Positions 48,189 to 57,669 of a stretch of DNA of 64,000 bases are shown piece after piece. Position numbers and translations under genes: made by a program. The first letter of the stretch is position 1. Each line of letters starts with the position of its first letter. The notes under the pieces are model-generated. The model was not told the DNA's origin. It saw only the letters and a list, made by a program, of their open reading frames with translations, and did not search any database. Source of the stretch: Alphaproteobacteria bacterium (GTDB lineage Bacteria; Pseudomonadota; Alphaproteobacteria; Rs-D84); assembly GCA_017549445.1 (NCBI GenBank), contig JAFYUU010000015.1, positions 58,767 to 122,766 of the forward strand. Direction: 5' to 3'.

Positions 48189-49205
48189 CTATTTACCTAT
48201 GAATTGCATAATTTCATCTCTGGTCTGAACCGCCCATTTCTGCACAGGATTCTCCAACGCACCCAAATTATACAAATCTACAAAACACTTACGTGCAGAT
48301 GCAAAATCTTCATCTGTTTTCAGATATTTTTTCTTTCTAAATGCCCAGCGAATAAAATACCACTTAAAGTTTTTATTCCACATTTCCATTTGATAATCTG
48401 TCGCATTTTCTTTATATGCCCCATACGCATCTGCAATACCCGTGCATAAACTTTGCATGATACGCAACTGCTTGGCACTCAGCACAATCCCACCAAAGTT
48501 TGGAATATAAAAATACAAAGGCAACGGTGCAATTGTCACCCGTGGATTACGCAACATAACCCTGCTCCACCATGGGAAATCCTCGAACAAGATACCTTTG
48601 ATAAATGGTATATCTTGTATCAGTTCACGTTTGTATAAATTCTTCCACACCTGACAATGTTTAATCAGCCACTTGCGTTTTGGATTAAACTTGTTATGTG
48701 TGCGTTCCGTTGCATAGGCATAGACATCATCGGTCACACGTGTCTTGATTTTTTCGACATTATATTTTTTATGAATCCGCCGTGGCACAACATTGTCCGT
48801 ATCCATTTTCAATTTATACCGCACCATCAACTGTGGCCGATAAATTCTGTCATACGTGAAAGACACAATATCCGACCCATCACGCACCGCCAAAGAATAT
48901 GCGATTTCCATTGTCTGTGGGTGGATAAAATCATCACTGTCCAGATACAGGATATAGTCACCGGTTGCATGCTCCATACCTACATTGCGTGCATCCGACA
49001 GTCCCCCATTTTTTTTATTCACAACGATAAATCGGCTGTCTTTTTTTGCATATTCGTCCAGTATGTCTGCACAGTTATCTGGACTGCCATCATTTACGCA
49101 AATTGCCTGCCAATCTGTAAACGTTTGATTCAACACACTGTCCAGGCATCTACGCAAATATTTTTCGACATTGTAAATTGGAATAATTACAGAAATTTTT
49201 GGCAT
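48189..49205 (-). CDS. family 2 glycosyltransferase (GT-A)
   Basis: KISVIIPIYNVEKYL...VNDGSPD...LDSDD, the classic GT2 N-terminus. Confidence 0.8.
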   Translation of the reverse strand: MPKISVIIPIYNVEKYLRRCLDSVLNQTFTDWQAICVNDGSPDNCADILDEYAKKDSRFIVVNKKNGGLSDARNVGMEHATGDYILYLDSDDFIHPQTMEIAYSLAVRDGSDIVSFTYDRIYRPQLMVRYKLKMDTDNVVPRRIHKKYNVEKIKTRVTDDVYAYATERTHNKFNPKRKWLIKHCQVWKNLYKRELIQDIPFIKGILFEDFPWWSRVMLRNPRVTIAPLPLYFYIPNFGGIVLSAKQLRIMQSLCTGIADAYGAYKENATDYQMEMWNKNFKWYFIRWAFRKKKYLKTDEDFASARKCFVDLYNLGALENPVQKWAVQTRDEIMQFIGK

Positions 49206-49214
49206 ACTGCCCCC

Positions 49215-50111
49215 TTACATTTTAATCATTTCATCGGCATAAGACCCAGGTTTTGGATTTTTCGCCTGATGATACGTTGTTTTCTGAAAGAACGCCCCAC
49301 TTGTCACCTTGTCAAACTCTTCCTTATTAAAAGGTTTGTCGTGATACTTCCACCACAGTGCATGCGTTGGATCTTGGTCAACATGCGGCATTTCGGCAAA
49401 GTATTTTTTTGCCCTTTCATCATTTTCAACCAACGTCTTGAACAACAGTTGATGCATAAAGTAATCAAAATTAGAATTTTCATGCATCCAGTAATCTAAA
49501 ATCATCGCCCGCCATGCATCCAACAGATATGCCCCCTTTCTGGAACGAATAAAGCAATTTTGCATAAAACTGTATGGACTGCCGACATTTTGTCCCGCCA
49601 TATAAACAAAGAAATCTTCTTTTTCAATCCATTTTGGGATTGGTGCGGTTGCAAATCCTGTTGAATCCAACCAGTATCCCCCGTGATTATACAGCAATTC
49701 CACACGGCAAATATCCGCAAAATGAGCATGCCCAATTTTTCCCTTCTTGTATTTATCAACAATTTCCTGTGGCAAAGTGATATAGTCAAACACAGTATCA
49801 ATATCCAACACAATCAATTCTTGTTTGCAATTTTTACGAATATTTCTAAAACATGCCTTTACCAATGGTGGTGCCTTATCTTCGCCCTGCAACCACAGTG
49901 AAAAAATCTTGTCATTTTTATCATTGTTTTCTGGTGTGCGTTCCACAACGGCCGCCGCTGCCGACAAATAACGTTTAAAGTATTTTGGGATAACACGTGA
50001 AATAACATCACTTCTGACGGCCCGTCTATGCTCCCTATCCCGCCAGAACCAGTTTAATATATGTCCCTGAACAATAATCTGCATCATTGCCCATGCACGT
50101 TGTAAGTTCAT
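49215..50111 (-). CDS. glycosyltransferase with a DXD sugar-binding region (Caps_synth / GT32-like)
   Basis: IFSLWLQG...FADICRVELLYNHGGYWLDS resembles the capsule-synthesis/OCH1-type DXD transferases. Confidence 0.55.
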   Translation of the reverse strand: MNLQRAWAMMQIIVQGHILNWFWRDREHRRAVRSDVISRVIPKYFKRYLSAAAAVVERTPENNDKNDKIFSLWLQGEDKAPPLVKACFRNIRKNCKQELIVLDIDTVFDYITLPQEIVDKYKKGKIGHAHFADICRVELLYNHGGYWLDSTGFATAPIPKWIEKEDFFVYMAGQNVGSPYSFMQNCFIRSRKGAYLLDAWRAMILDYWMHENSNFDYFMHQLLFKTLVENDERAKKYFAEMPHVDQDPTHALWWKYHDKPFNKEEFDKVTSGAFFQKTTYHQAKNPKPGSYADEMIKM

Positions 50112-50149
50112 ATTTTACCCCTTTGGTTTATATCAATATTTTCCCAGAC

Positions 50150-50180
50150 AAATAACCCCCAGTCAAATAAAATATAACTG
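50150..50180. terminator. intrinsic terminator downstream of recA
   Basis: CCCCCAGT-loop-ACTGGGGG hairpin. The minus-strand reading is followed by a T-run. Confidence 0.5.
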
Positions 50181-50357
50181 GGGGACATACCTTTTACCAT
50201 TCGTCTGATTCTTTTTTAATTCTTCTGTAAATATATTCTGTTTCACGCATAAATTTCTCCTTTTTTTGCATTAACGATTATATCTATTCATCTATATCTT
50301 TCATTTAGTGATTATCCAATGAAATCGTCCATATTCATGTGCACCTCCTTTGGCTGG

Positions 50358-51437
50358 TTATTCTTCTGAATCTGCAACAACATCGTCATCATCATCGATT
50401 GGCCCCGTTGTCATTTCTTCGGCGATACCAGACGCACGTGCCATAATTTTATCTAGCAGCTCCTGTTGTGCCTCTGGGTGATCCTTTAACCATGCCCGTG
50501 CATTTGCCTCGCCCTGGCCCATACGTTCACTGTTATAAGAATAGAAACTGCCGGCTTTTTCAATCAGGTCATATTTCACACCCATATCCAAAATCTCGCT
50601 GATTCTGGAAATACCTTCGCCATACATAATCTTAAAGTCAACTGTGCGGAAAGGTGGTGCAACTTTATTTTTAACAACCTTGACCCTTGTTTCATTTCCG
50701 ATAACATTTTCTTTTTCTTTAATCTGCCCTGTTCTGCGAATATCCAGACGCACAGACGCATAGAACTTTAATGCATTTCCACCAGATGTTGTTTCTGGAT
50801 TTCCGAACATCACCCCAATCTTCATACGAATTTGATTGATAAAGATAAGCAACGTATTACTGCGTGACACCGACCCCGCCAGTTTTTTCAACGACTGACT
50901 CATCAAACGTGCGGTTGTTCCCACAAACGAATCCCCGATATTACCTTCTAATTCTGCCTTTGGCACCAAAGCCGCCACACTGTCAATAACCACGACATCA
51001 ACCGCCCCCGACTTAATCAAGGTATCTGCAATTTCCAATGCCTGTTCCCCAGAATCTGGCTGTGAAATAATCAGATTTGCGACATCGACCCCTAATTTTT
51101 TTGCATAACTTGGATCCAACGCATTTTCTGCATCGATATATGCACACGTTCCACCTTTTTTCTGTGATTCTGCCACCGCATGCAATGCCAACGTTGTCTT
51201 ACCCGAAGATTCTGGTCCATAAATTTCAACAATACGTCCTTTGGGATAGCCACCGATACCCAACGCAATATCCAACCCCAGCGACCCAGAAGAAATCGCC
51301 TCGATATTCTGTTGGGAACCATCCCCCATTTTCATAATTGCTTCTTTACCGAATTGTTTTTGGATTTGTGCCAACGCAGATTCCAATGCTGGATTTTTCC
51401 CAGCCCCTGCGTCTTTTGCTACTTCCTTTTTTGCCAT
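50358..51437 (-). CDS. recA: recombinase RecA
   Basis: Walker [10 protein letters not shown] and L1/L2 loops, 359 aa. Confidence 0.95.
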   Translation of the reverse strand: MAKKEVAKDAGAGKNPALESALAQIQKQFGKEAIMKMGDGSQQNIEAISSGSLGLDIALGIGGYPKGRIVEIYGPESSGKTTLALHAVAESQKKGGTCAYIDAENALDPSYAKKLGVDVANLIISQPDSGEQALEIADTLIKSGAVDVVVIDSVAALVPKAELEGNIGDSFVGTTARLMSQSLKKLAGSVSRSNTLLIFINQIRMKIGVMFGNPETTSGGNALKFYASVRLDIRRTGQIKEKENVIGNETRVKVVKNKVAPPFRTVDFKIMYGEGISRISEILDMGVKYDLIEKAGSFYSYNSERMGQGEANARAWLKDHPEAQQELLDKIMARASGIAEEMTTGPIDDDDDVVADSEE

Positions 51438-51502
51438 ACTATTTCCCCTTTATTTTCATGATAAAATCATACAAAGGAAAACCTTAAAATGCAAGCCACT
51501 TA

Positions 51503-52693
51503 TTATCTTTTTTCCGCCAACAAAACAATCGTAGCCAACACCCCAATCACTGCGGTCAGCCCCCACACGGCATTAGTTCCCCCGAACCAAGTAATTACCC
51601 CTGCCCCAACGATTGGCACCAACACATTTGGCAGATTTGCACTGGTTCTGAACACACCATAGTATTTTGTCTGCTGTGCCTTGCTGGCCGTATCAAAGAA
51701 CAACAAATCATGCACAGATTCCATCAACGCACCTGACACCTGCCACGCAATAAATATCATCAACAACGGATACCCAGTTGCAACCGTTGCCATCGCCGAC
51801 AACCCTGCAAAGGACAAGAATCCCAACATCAACCACAACTTGTTTCCATATTTTTTTGCCAGGCGTCCCATAACCTCGCTCAACAGCAAATAAGGAATAA
51901 TCCCCAACGTCAGCACCCACCCCAACGTATCTTTGGAAAAACCATTTTCTATAACCACAATCGGCACATACAAAACCCGCATCGCCCGCAAAGAATAGTA
52001 TCCAAAATTCACCGCATACGCCCGTGCCATACCAGGTGTCTTAAAGAAAGCAATCATATTTTTCCACAATGCCTTGAACGTCTTTCTTGGATTTGCAGGT
52101 TTAATTTTTTTATCTTCTGCGGAAATGGCAAAACTGTTAAACATAGCCCAGCCCGCCAGGTAAATCATTGCCGATGCAAAGAACGCTGACCTGTTTGTTC
52201 CAAAGAACCCTGCAATCGCCACCGCCACCATTGGTGCAAACAAAGCCCCGATATTTACCCACAAATGATACCGTGCGTTCAATCGTGCCATTCCGACATT
52301 TCTTGAAAAATCCGCCATAAACAACGGTATTAAAATCCCCACAAATGTCGTTGCAATTCCACTGGTATAGTCCAAAATAATAAACGTCCGTGGCAGTATT
52401 GAAAAACTCATCATCGCATAGCACACCGCCAACATCAGCAAAACTATATGAAACACCCGCACCTTGGAAAATCTGCGAAACACTTCATTTGCGAACAATG
52501 CCACCAACAAACAAAATCCCGCATAAATTGCGACATAGATACCGACAACGGCACTGTTCATAAAAATATCCATCAAAACCAAGGAATAGACAGCATTATA
52601 AATTCCATCTGCAAATCCCGAAAACATCCCCAGATTTGCAAACGAAAAACCATTTACCTTTTTACCAACCGAAATATAATTATCCTTTGCCAT
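51503..52693 (-). CDS. MFS transporter
   Basis: 12 predicted TM helices, 396 aa. Confidence 0.7.
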   Translation of the reverse strand: MAKDNYISVGKKVNGFSFANLGMFSGFADGIYNAVYSLVLMDIFMNSAVVGIYVAIYAGFCLLVALFANEVFRRFSKVRVFHIVLLMLAVCYAMMSFSILPRTFIILDYTSGIATTFVGILIPLFMADFSRNVGMARLNARYHLWVNIGALFAPMVAVAIAGFFGTNRSAFFASAMIYLAGWAMFNSFAISAEDKKIKPANPRKTFKALWKNMIAFFKTPGMARAYAVNFGYYSLRAMRVLYVPIVVIENGFSKDTLGWVLTLGIIPYLLLSEVMGRLAKKYGNKLWLMLGFLSFAGLSAMATVATGYPLLMIFIAWQVSGALMESVHDLLFFDTASKAQQTKYYGVFRTSANLPNVLVPIVGAGVITWFGGTNAVWGLTAVIGVLATIVLLAEKR

Positions 52694-52712
52694 ATTATTT
52701 TCTTAATTTTCC

Positions 52713-53681
52713 CTAATCTAAATACTGTGAAAAGTTAGATACTGTCACATCCAACCCTGCCCCATTATTCGCATGTCCTTTGCCACCTACAATTTTAGAT
52801 CCGCGTGTATGTATTCCTACAAAACTATCAAAGTGCGCTTCGCGTATTATATTTCCCATCACATCTTTTGCAAACCCAACCATATACAAACCACCCCCAG
52901 AATTACCGCCCCACGATTGACAATCCAAATCTTTCAGCGTTAACGCCTTGTTTGGATCTTTTTTTATTACACACTTGCTTTCTTTCAATCTATCTGTATC
53001 GCTGAATATATTTGGATCCAATCCATACTTATCCAAATTTTTCAGAAATTCTTTTCCTTGTTTTGTTCCAACATTTATTCCTTTACCTGCATTAATCATG
53101 GCCATAGAACTTACATAAAAATCCCTTCTCTGATTATTTTTATTACTGCTTTTATCATATAAAAATGCATAGTAGGCTCTGCGGAACTTATCGATTTCTT
53201 CATCACTCATAATCTTCAAAGCCCCATACCCCAAATAAGACACCCTATCAACCATTGCGGACACAGGGATAGTAAGTCCATAAAAGTCCAACGAGTTTTC
53301 TTTTACAAACCCCGCATCTTTGGCGCATGGCGTGAATACTGCCCAATCCCCCTTATATGTACTTGCATTATCTTCTACATAATTTCCCATCAAACCTTTT
53401 TGTGCACACATTGTGCGACCATTGTAAGCAATAAACACTATATCTTGTATATTTTTACCACTCATACAATGCTTGGCTGTAACTATTTTGCCCCCAATCA
53501 TATTCGCTGTACAAAACGGGCTTCTACCTGTTTTATGACGCATTTTCAAGACATATGAATATGGTTCTTGCTTCCAAAGTGCATCTGTAACATACCGACG
53601 TTTATCTAACGTATAAGAATCTGCGAACACATTACTCGCGACAATACAACAAAAGACAACAAACAAGACACTTTTTCTCAT
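52713..53681 (-). CDS. secreted S1-family (trypsin/chymotrypsin-like) serine peptidase
   Basis: Signal peptide MRKSVLFVVFCCIVASNVFA. His context TAKHC, Ser context GNSGGG, and an Asp candidate in GDWAVF. Confidence 0.65.
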   Translation of the reverse strand: MRKSVLFVVFCCIVASNVFADSYTLDKRRYVTDALWKQEPYSYVLKMRHKTGRSPFCTANMIGGKIVTAKHCMSGKNIQDIVFIAYNGRTMCAQKGLMGNYVEDNASTYKGDWAVFTPCAKDAGFVKENSLDFYGLTIPVSAMVDRVSYLGYGALKIMSDEEIDKFRRAYYAFLYDKSSNKNNQRRDFYVSSMAMINAGKGINVGTKQGKEFLKNLDKYGLDPNIFSDTDRLKESKCVIKKDPNKALTLKDLDCQSWGGNSGGGLYMVGFAKDVMGNIIREAHFDSFVGIHTRGSKIVGGKGHANNGAGLDVTVSNFSQYLD

Positions 53682-53713
53682 AATGGCAATTATATCACAA
53701 AATAAGAGAAAAT

Positions 53714-53750
53714 AAAAATCCCCCGATTGGGGGATTTTTTTTTTGTAAAC
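53714..53750. terminator. secB terminator
   Basis: AAAAATCCCCCGATTGGGGGATTTTTTTTT. Confidence 0.55.
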
Positions 53751-53759
53751 CCTGACAAA

Positions 53760-54185
53760 TTATTTTGCCTGTTTCTGTTCATACAACTGTGCAAAATCGA
53801 CTGGTTGCATTGTAAATGCTGGGAACCCAGATTCAGACGTTGTGCGTGTAATCAGACCACGAACCGCTGGGAACAACAATGTTGGCACATCAATCAACAG
53901 TGTGCGTTTTTTAACTTCTTCGTCTTTTTCTTCTTCCATCTGCACCAACCCAGAATAAGTTGTTTCGATTAAGAAGATAGATTTATCTGCATTTTCCAAC
54001 TTGGAATGAACCTTCATAATCAAATCAACCATAAACAAGTTATTTTCTGCACCTTTGATTTGAATATCGATATTGATTTCCAACTTGGCCTGTCCATTGT
54101 CTGATTTGAAAAACAGTTCAGGAACATTTGGGCTTTCAAACGAAAAATCCTTTAAAAACTGAGAGATAATATTAAATTTTGCCAT
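53760..54185 (-). CDS. secB: protein-export chaperone SecB
   Basis: 141 aa with SecB-family sequence features (FxIxxxYxKDxSFE-type N-terminus). Confidence 0.85.
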   Translation of the reverse strand: MAKFNIISQFLKDFSFESPNVPELFFKSDNGQAKLEINIDIQIKGAENNLFMVDLIMKVHSKLENADKSIFLIETTYSGLVQMEEEKDEEVKKRTLLIDVPTLLFPAVRGLITRTTSESGFPAFTMQPVDFAQLYEQKQAK

Positions 54186-54281
54186 AACTTTTACTCCTTA
54201 TTTTCTGGCTTCCAAGACACTGGACTTATCATTGTCTTTTATGATAATATAACATTATAAAAATATTTTACAAGTGGGGGA

Positions 54282-55391
54282 ATGGATAAAATGGCAAAAT
54301 TGTTAAATTCATTTATTTTGCGAACTGTTGCGGTTGTTGCGATGGCATTTTCTTTGGCATCATGCGATGTTTCTACCCCGACAGAAAGTGCGGACAATTC
54401 TGTTATTCCATCGAATTTCCGCCGTGTTTTCTATTCCGAATTACCCGGTTGGCGTGACGATGATGTCCGCTATGCCTTGCAGGCATTTCGTAATTCCTGC
54501 CGTGCCAAGATTCAATATACGGGTCGCCTGATACCAGACCGTGAATTATTTGCGGAAAAATGCCGTATGCTGCCATCGGCCAGTGCGGATATTCCCACCG
54601 TCCGTGCCTGGTTCGAATCACACTTTCAACCCTATCAAATATTTAACGATGACGGTGGTGATCGTGGCACATACACGGGCTATTATTCACCTGTAATACC
54701 TGCCTGTCGCACCAAAACGGCCCAGTGCAACGAACCCCTGATGGCGGTTCCAACCGATGGTCGCCAATACAAGGGTGTATCTAAAAAAGATATTGTTGAA
54801 AAAAAGATTGGCCGTGTTCTGTATTGGGCAAACATAGTTGATGTCCAAAACATTCAGATTCAGGGCAGTGGCAACCTTCGCCTGGAAGATGGAACAGACG
54901 TAAAATTAAACTTTGGTGCGGTCAACGACATGCCATTTAAATCCATCGGCGAAGAATTGCGTCGCCGTGGCATTCGACCATCGGGGGGCTATTCTGCGGA
55001 TGCGGTTTGGACCCACCTGAAACAAAATCCAACATTGGCACGTGACGTAATATATTCTAATCCACGTTATGTTTATTTCTATGAATCCACCCCACCGGAC
55101 GTAATCGGCAAACTGGGCACCCCATTGTCCAAGATTCGCAGTGTCGCCATGGACGATGACCTTTATACATTGGGTCTGCCAGTATATGTAAATACTAATT
55201 TATCAGATGGCCGTCCGTTCCGCCGTCTTATGATTGCCCAAGACACAGGCAGTGCCATACGTGGTTGGATACGTGCCGACATATTCTTTGGCAAAGGGGA
55301 CGAAGCATATAAATTCGCACACGGTCAACATGCCCAGGGACAAATGTTTATCTTGATGCCCAAGGTGTATAGTTATGTCAAACCCAAATGA
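54282..55391 (+). CDS. mltA: membrane-bound lytic murein transglycosylase A
   Basis: Lipoprotein-type signal peptide (LASCDVS) and a 3D-domain signature MIAQDTGSAIRGWIRADIFFGKGDEA. Confidence 0.8.
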   Translation: MDKMAKLLNSFILRTVAVVAMAFSLASCDVSTPTESADNSVIPSNFRRVFYSELPGWRDDDVRYALQAFRNSCRAKIQYTGRLIPDRELFAEKCRMLPSASADIPTVRAWFESHFQPYQIFNDDGGDRGTYTGYYSPVIPACRTKTAQCNEPLMAVPTDGRQYKGVSKKDIVEKKIGRVLYWANIVDVQNIQIQGSGNLRLEDGTDVKLNFGAVNDMPFKSIGEELRRRGIRPSGGYSADAVWTHLKQNPTLARDVIYSNPRYVYFYESTPPDVIGKLGTPLSKIRSVAMDDDLYTLGLPVYVNTNLSDGRPFRRLMIAQDTGSAIRGWIRADIFFGKGDEAYKFAHGQHAQGQMFILMPKVYSYVKPK

Positions 55392-55713
55392 TATAAAACG
55401 TAAATTAGAAAAACGCCACGCACGCCCAATGTCAATTGGTGCGGGTTTGGGCGAACTGTTTCGCACATTGGGCATACGTGCATCGGATGCAGACCTGGCA
55501 AATCGTTGGACAGACATCATGGGAACAGAAATTGCATCAATTGCAACCCTTGCATCTATCAAGAAAACCCGTGATGAAAAATTCAATATTGTTTTGCGAC
55601 CTGCCACCCCCGCATTTGCATTACAGTTATCATATATGTCTGACGAAATAACAAACCGCATCAACAAATACTTTGGCTATGATGCGGTTGGAAAAATAAG
55701 TTTCAAGAAATGA
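55375..55713 (+). CDS. DUF721 (DciA-like) domain protein
   Basis: RWTDIMGTEIASIA...LRPATPAFALQLSYMSDEITNRINKYFGYDAVGKISF matches the DUF721 W-x-x-IVG...L-x-V...L-x-x-L consensus. Confidence 0.6.
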   Translation: MSNPNDIKRKLEKRHARPMSIGAGLGELFRTLGIRASDADLANRWTDIMGTEIASIATLASIKKTRDEKFNIVLRPATPAFALQLSYMSDEITNRINKYFGYDAVGKISFKK

Positions 55714-56189
55714 CACGACGCATATTGGGCATTGACCCCGGTTTATTACACACAGGTTGGGCGGTAATAGAATCCGCCGGCTCGTCACGCAAATATATCG
55801 CCAGTGGTGTTATCCTGCCCAGTCCAAAACAAGAAATGTCCCAACGTCTGACCGAAATTTTTCGTAGTGTGACCGAATTATGTAAAACATTCGAACCTGA
55901 TGAATGCAGTATAGAAATTATTTTCGTGAACAAGAATCCAAAAACCACCCTTATCTTGGGTCAGGCCCGTGCATCTGCAATTGTTGCGGTTGGAAATTTA
56001 GACATTCCTGTATTTGAATACGAACCAAATAAAATAAAAAAAGCCCTGACTGGTGCAGGCCACGCCGACAAAGGTTCTGTTGATAAAATGGTCCAGATAT
56101 TATTACCAACGGCCCATCCCAAAACCCCAGACGAAAGTGACGCCATCGCCATCGCCCTGGCCCATTCGAACATGTTCCGCCTACCCTAA
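55710..56189 (+). CDS. ruvC: crossover junction endodeoxyribonuclease RuvC
   Basis: ILGIDPGL...GWAV N-terminus with the RNase H-like acidic residues. 159 aa. Confidence 0.9.
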   Translation: MTRRILGIDPGLLHTGWAVIESAGSSRKYIASGVILPSPKQEMSQRLTEIFRSVTELCKTFEPDECSIEIIFVNKNPKTTLILGQARASAIVAVGNLDIPVFEYEPNKIKKALTGAGHADKGSVDKMVQILLPTAHPKTPDESDAIAIALAHSNMFRLP

Positions 56190-56194
56190 TCCCC

Positions 56195-56284
56195 CCCTTG
56201 CACTGGGTAAAATAAATTAGAATGATTTAGATGCGAACAGTGCCGACAACGTAGTGTACATAACGCTACATGAGTTGTCGGCAC
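56195..56284. repeat. hairpin-containing repeat element, copy A (shared 5' block plus a 10-bp stem around a conserved 24-nt loop)
   Basis: CTGGGTAAAATAAATTAGAATGATTTAGATGCGAACAGTGCCGACAAC-GTAGTGTACATAACGCTACATGAG-GTTGTCGGCA, compared with 58975-59164. Confidence 0.55.
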
Positions 56285-56312
56285 CGTTTGCAGATGAATT
56301 ATTATAATTTAT

Positions 56313-57029
56313 TTAGGCGGCGGCGGTGAACACCTTCTGCACATCATCATTCGCATCCAACGCATCTACCAACTTTTCAATTTTGGCATATGCCTCGTCA
56401 TCTAAATCCATTGGCATATTTGGCAACCAGGTCAATTCTGCCTGTTCTGGTTCCCCTAATTTATCAGCCAAGATTTTTTGTGCTGTGATAAAGTCCTCGG
56501 GTTTGGTTGTGATGATAAAACCTTCTTCGGATGTTTCCAGATTATCTGCATTTGCATCCATAATAATTTCCATCATTTCGTCTTCGGTTTTGCCAATGGA
56601 CGCTGGATACATAATCTGACCTGCACGTGTGAACATAAAGACAACCGAGCCCTCTTCACCCATATTTCCGCCATTTTTAGCAAAGATATTACGAATTTCC
56701 GGCACAGTTCTGCGTGGATTATCGGTCAAGGCCTCTACAATAACTGGAACAGCACCTGGGCCATATCCTTCGTAACGCACCGCTTCATAGTTTTCTGTAT
56801 TAGAACCTGATGCCTTTTCAATCGCACGTTTAATATTATCATTTGGCATAGAATTTTTTCTGGCGGTCAATATTGCCAAACGCAAACGAGGGTTATTATC
56901 TGGATTTTTATCCCCCAACTTTGCTGCCATTGTAATTTCACGTGCCAACTTTGTGAACAGCCCACTGCGTGCTGCGTCTGCTGCCCCTTTTTTATGTTGA
57001 ATATTATGCCACTTACTGTGTCCACTCAT
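56313..57029 (-). CDS. yebC: YebC/PmpR-family transcriptional regulator
   Basis: MSGHSKWHNIQHKKG N-terminus. The longer ORF to 57098 has an implausible leader. Confidence 0.9.
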   Translation of the reverse strand: MSGHSKWHNIQHKKGAADAARSGLFTKLAREITMAAKLGDKNPDNNPRLRLAILTARKNSMPNDNIKRAIEKASGSNTENYEAVRYEGYGPGAVPVIVEALTDNPRRTVPEIRNIFAKNGGNMGEEGSVVFMFTRAGQIMYPASIGKTEDEMMEIIMDANADNLETSEEGFIITTKPEDFITAQKILADKLGEPEQAELTWLPNMPMDLDDEAYAKIEKLVDALDANDDVQKVFTAAA

Positions 57030-57080
57030 GGTTTGACCTTTTGCTTTTATTAGATTAGAATTACCCCAAAAGGATAACAA

Positions 57081-57668
57081 ATGATTGGCAAATTGCAAGG
57101 CATAGTTGACTATATTGGTGATGGATTTGTAATTTTATTGACCCACGGTGTCGGATACAAAGTCTATACCCCCGAATATCTAACACATAAATCCACTGTC
57201 GAACTGTGGATTGAGACGGTTGTCCGAGAAGATTCAATACGTCTTTTTGGATTTTCATCACTTGCAACCCAGGATTTATTTAACATGCTGACCGGTGTTT
57301 CTGGTGTCGGCCCCAAGGTTGCATTGGCAATTCTTGGAACAATAAAATCAGACACTTTGATATCTGCAATTGCAACTGGCGATGCCAAAACTATATCCAC
57401 CGCCCCGGGTGTTGGAAAAAAGATGGCAGAAAAAATCATTGTTGAATTAAAGAACAAAGTCGGCACCACATCCGCAACACTTTTTGCCCCAAGTGCCGAT
57501 ACACCTGCTGGTTCTGCCCTGCCCGATTTATTGATGGCACTGGAATCATTGGGATACCGCCGTCTAGACATTATTGAAATGGCACAAAATTTGGTCGCCA
57601 AGAACCCAGGGTCAGACGTATCCAAACTGGTTCCAATGGCATTAAAAGAAATATCTGGAAACAAATAA
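57081..57668 (+). CDS. ruvA: Holliday junction branch migration protein RuvA
   Basis: MIGKLQG...VGYKV N-terminus and HhH motifs (LTGVSGVGPKVALAIL). 195 aa. Confidence 0.9.
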   Translation: MIGKLQGIVDYIGDGFVILLTHGVGYKVYTPEYLTHKSTVELWIETVVREDSIRLFGFSSLATQDLFNMLTGVSGVGPKVALAILGTIKSDTLISAIATGDAKTISTAPGVGKKMAEKIIVELKNKVGTTSATLFAPSADTPAGSALPDLLMALESLGYRRLDIIEMAQNLVAKNPGSDVSKLVPMALKEISGNK

Positions 57669-57669
57669 A

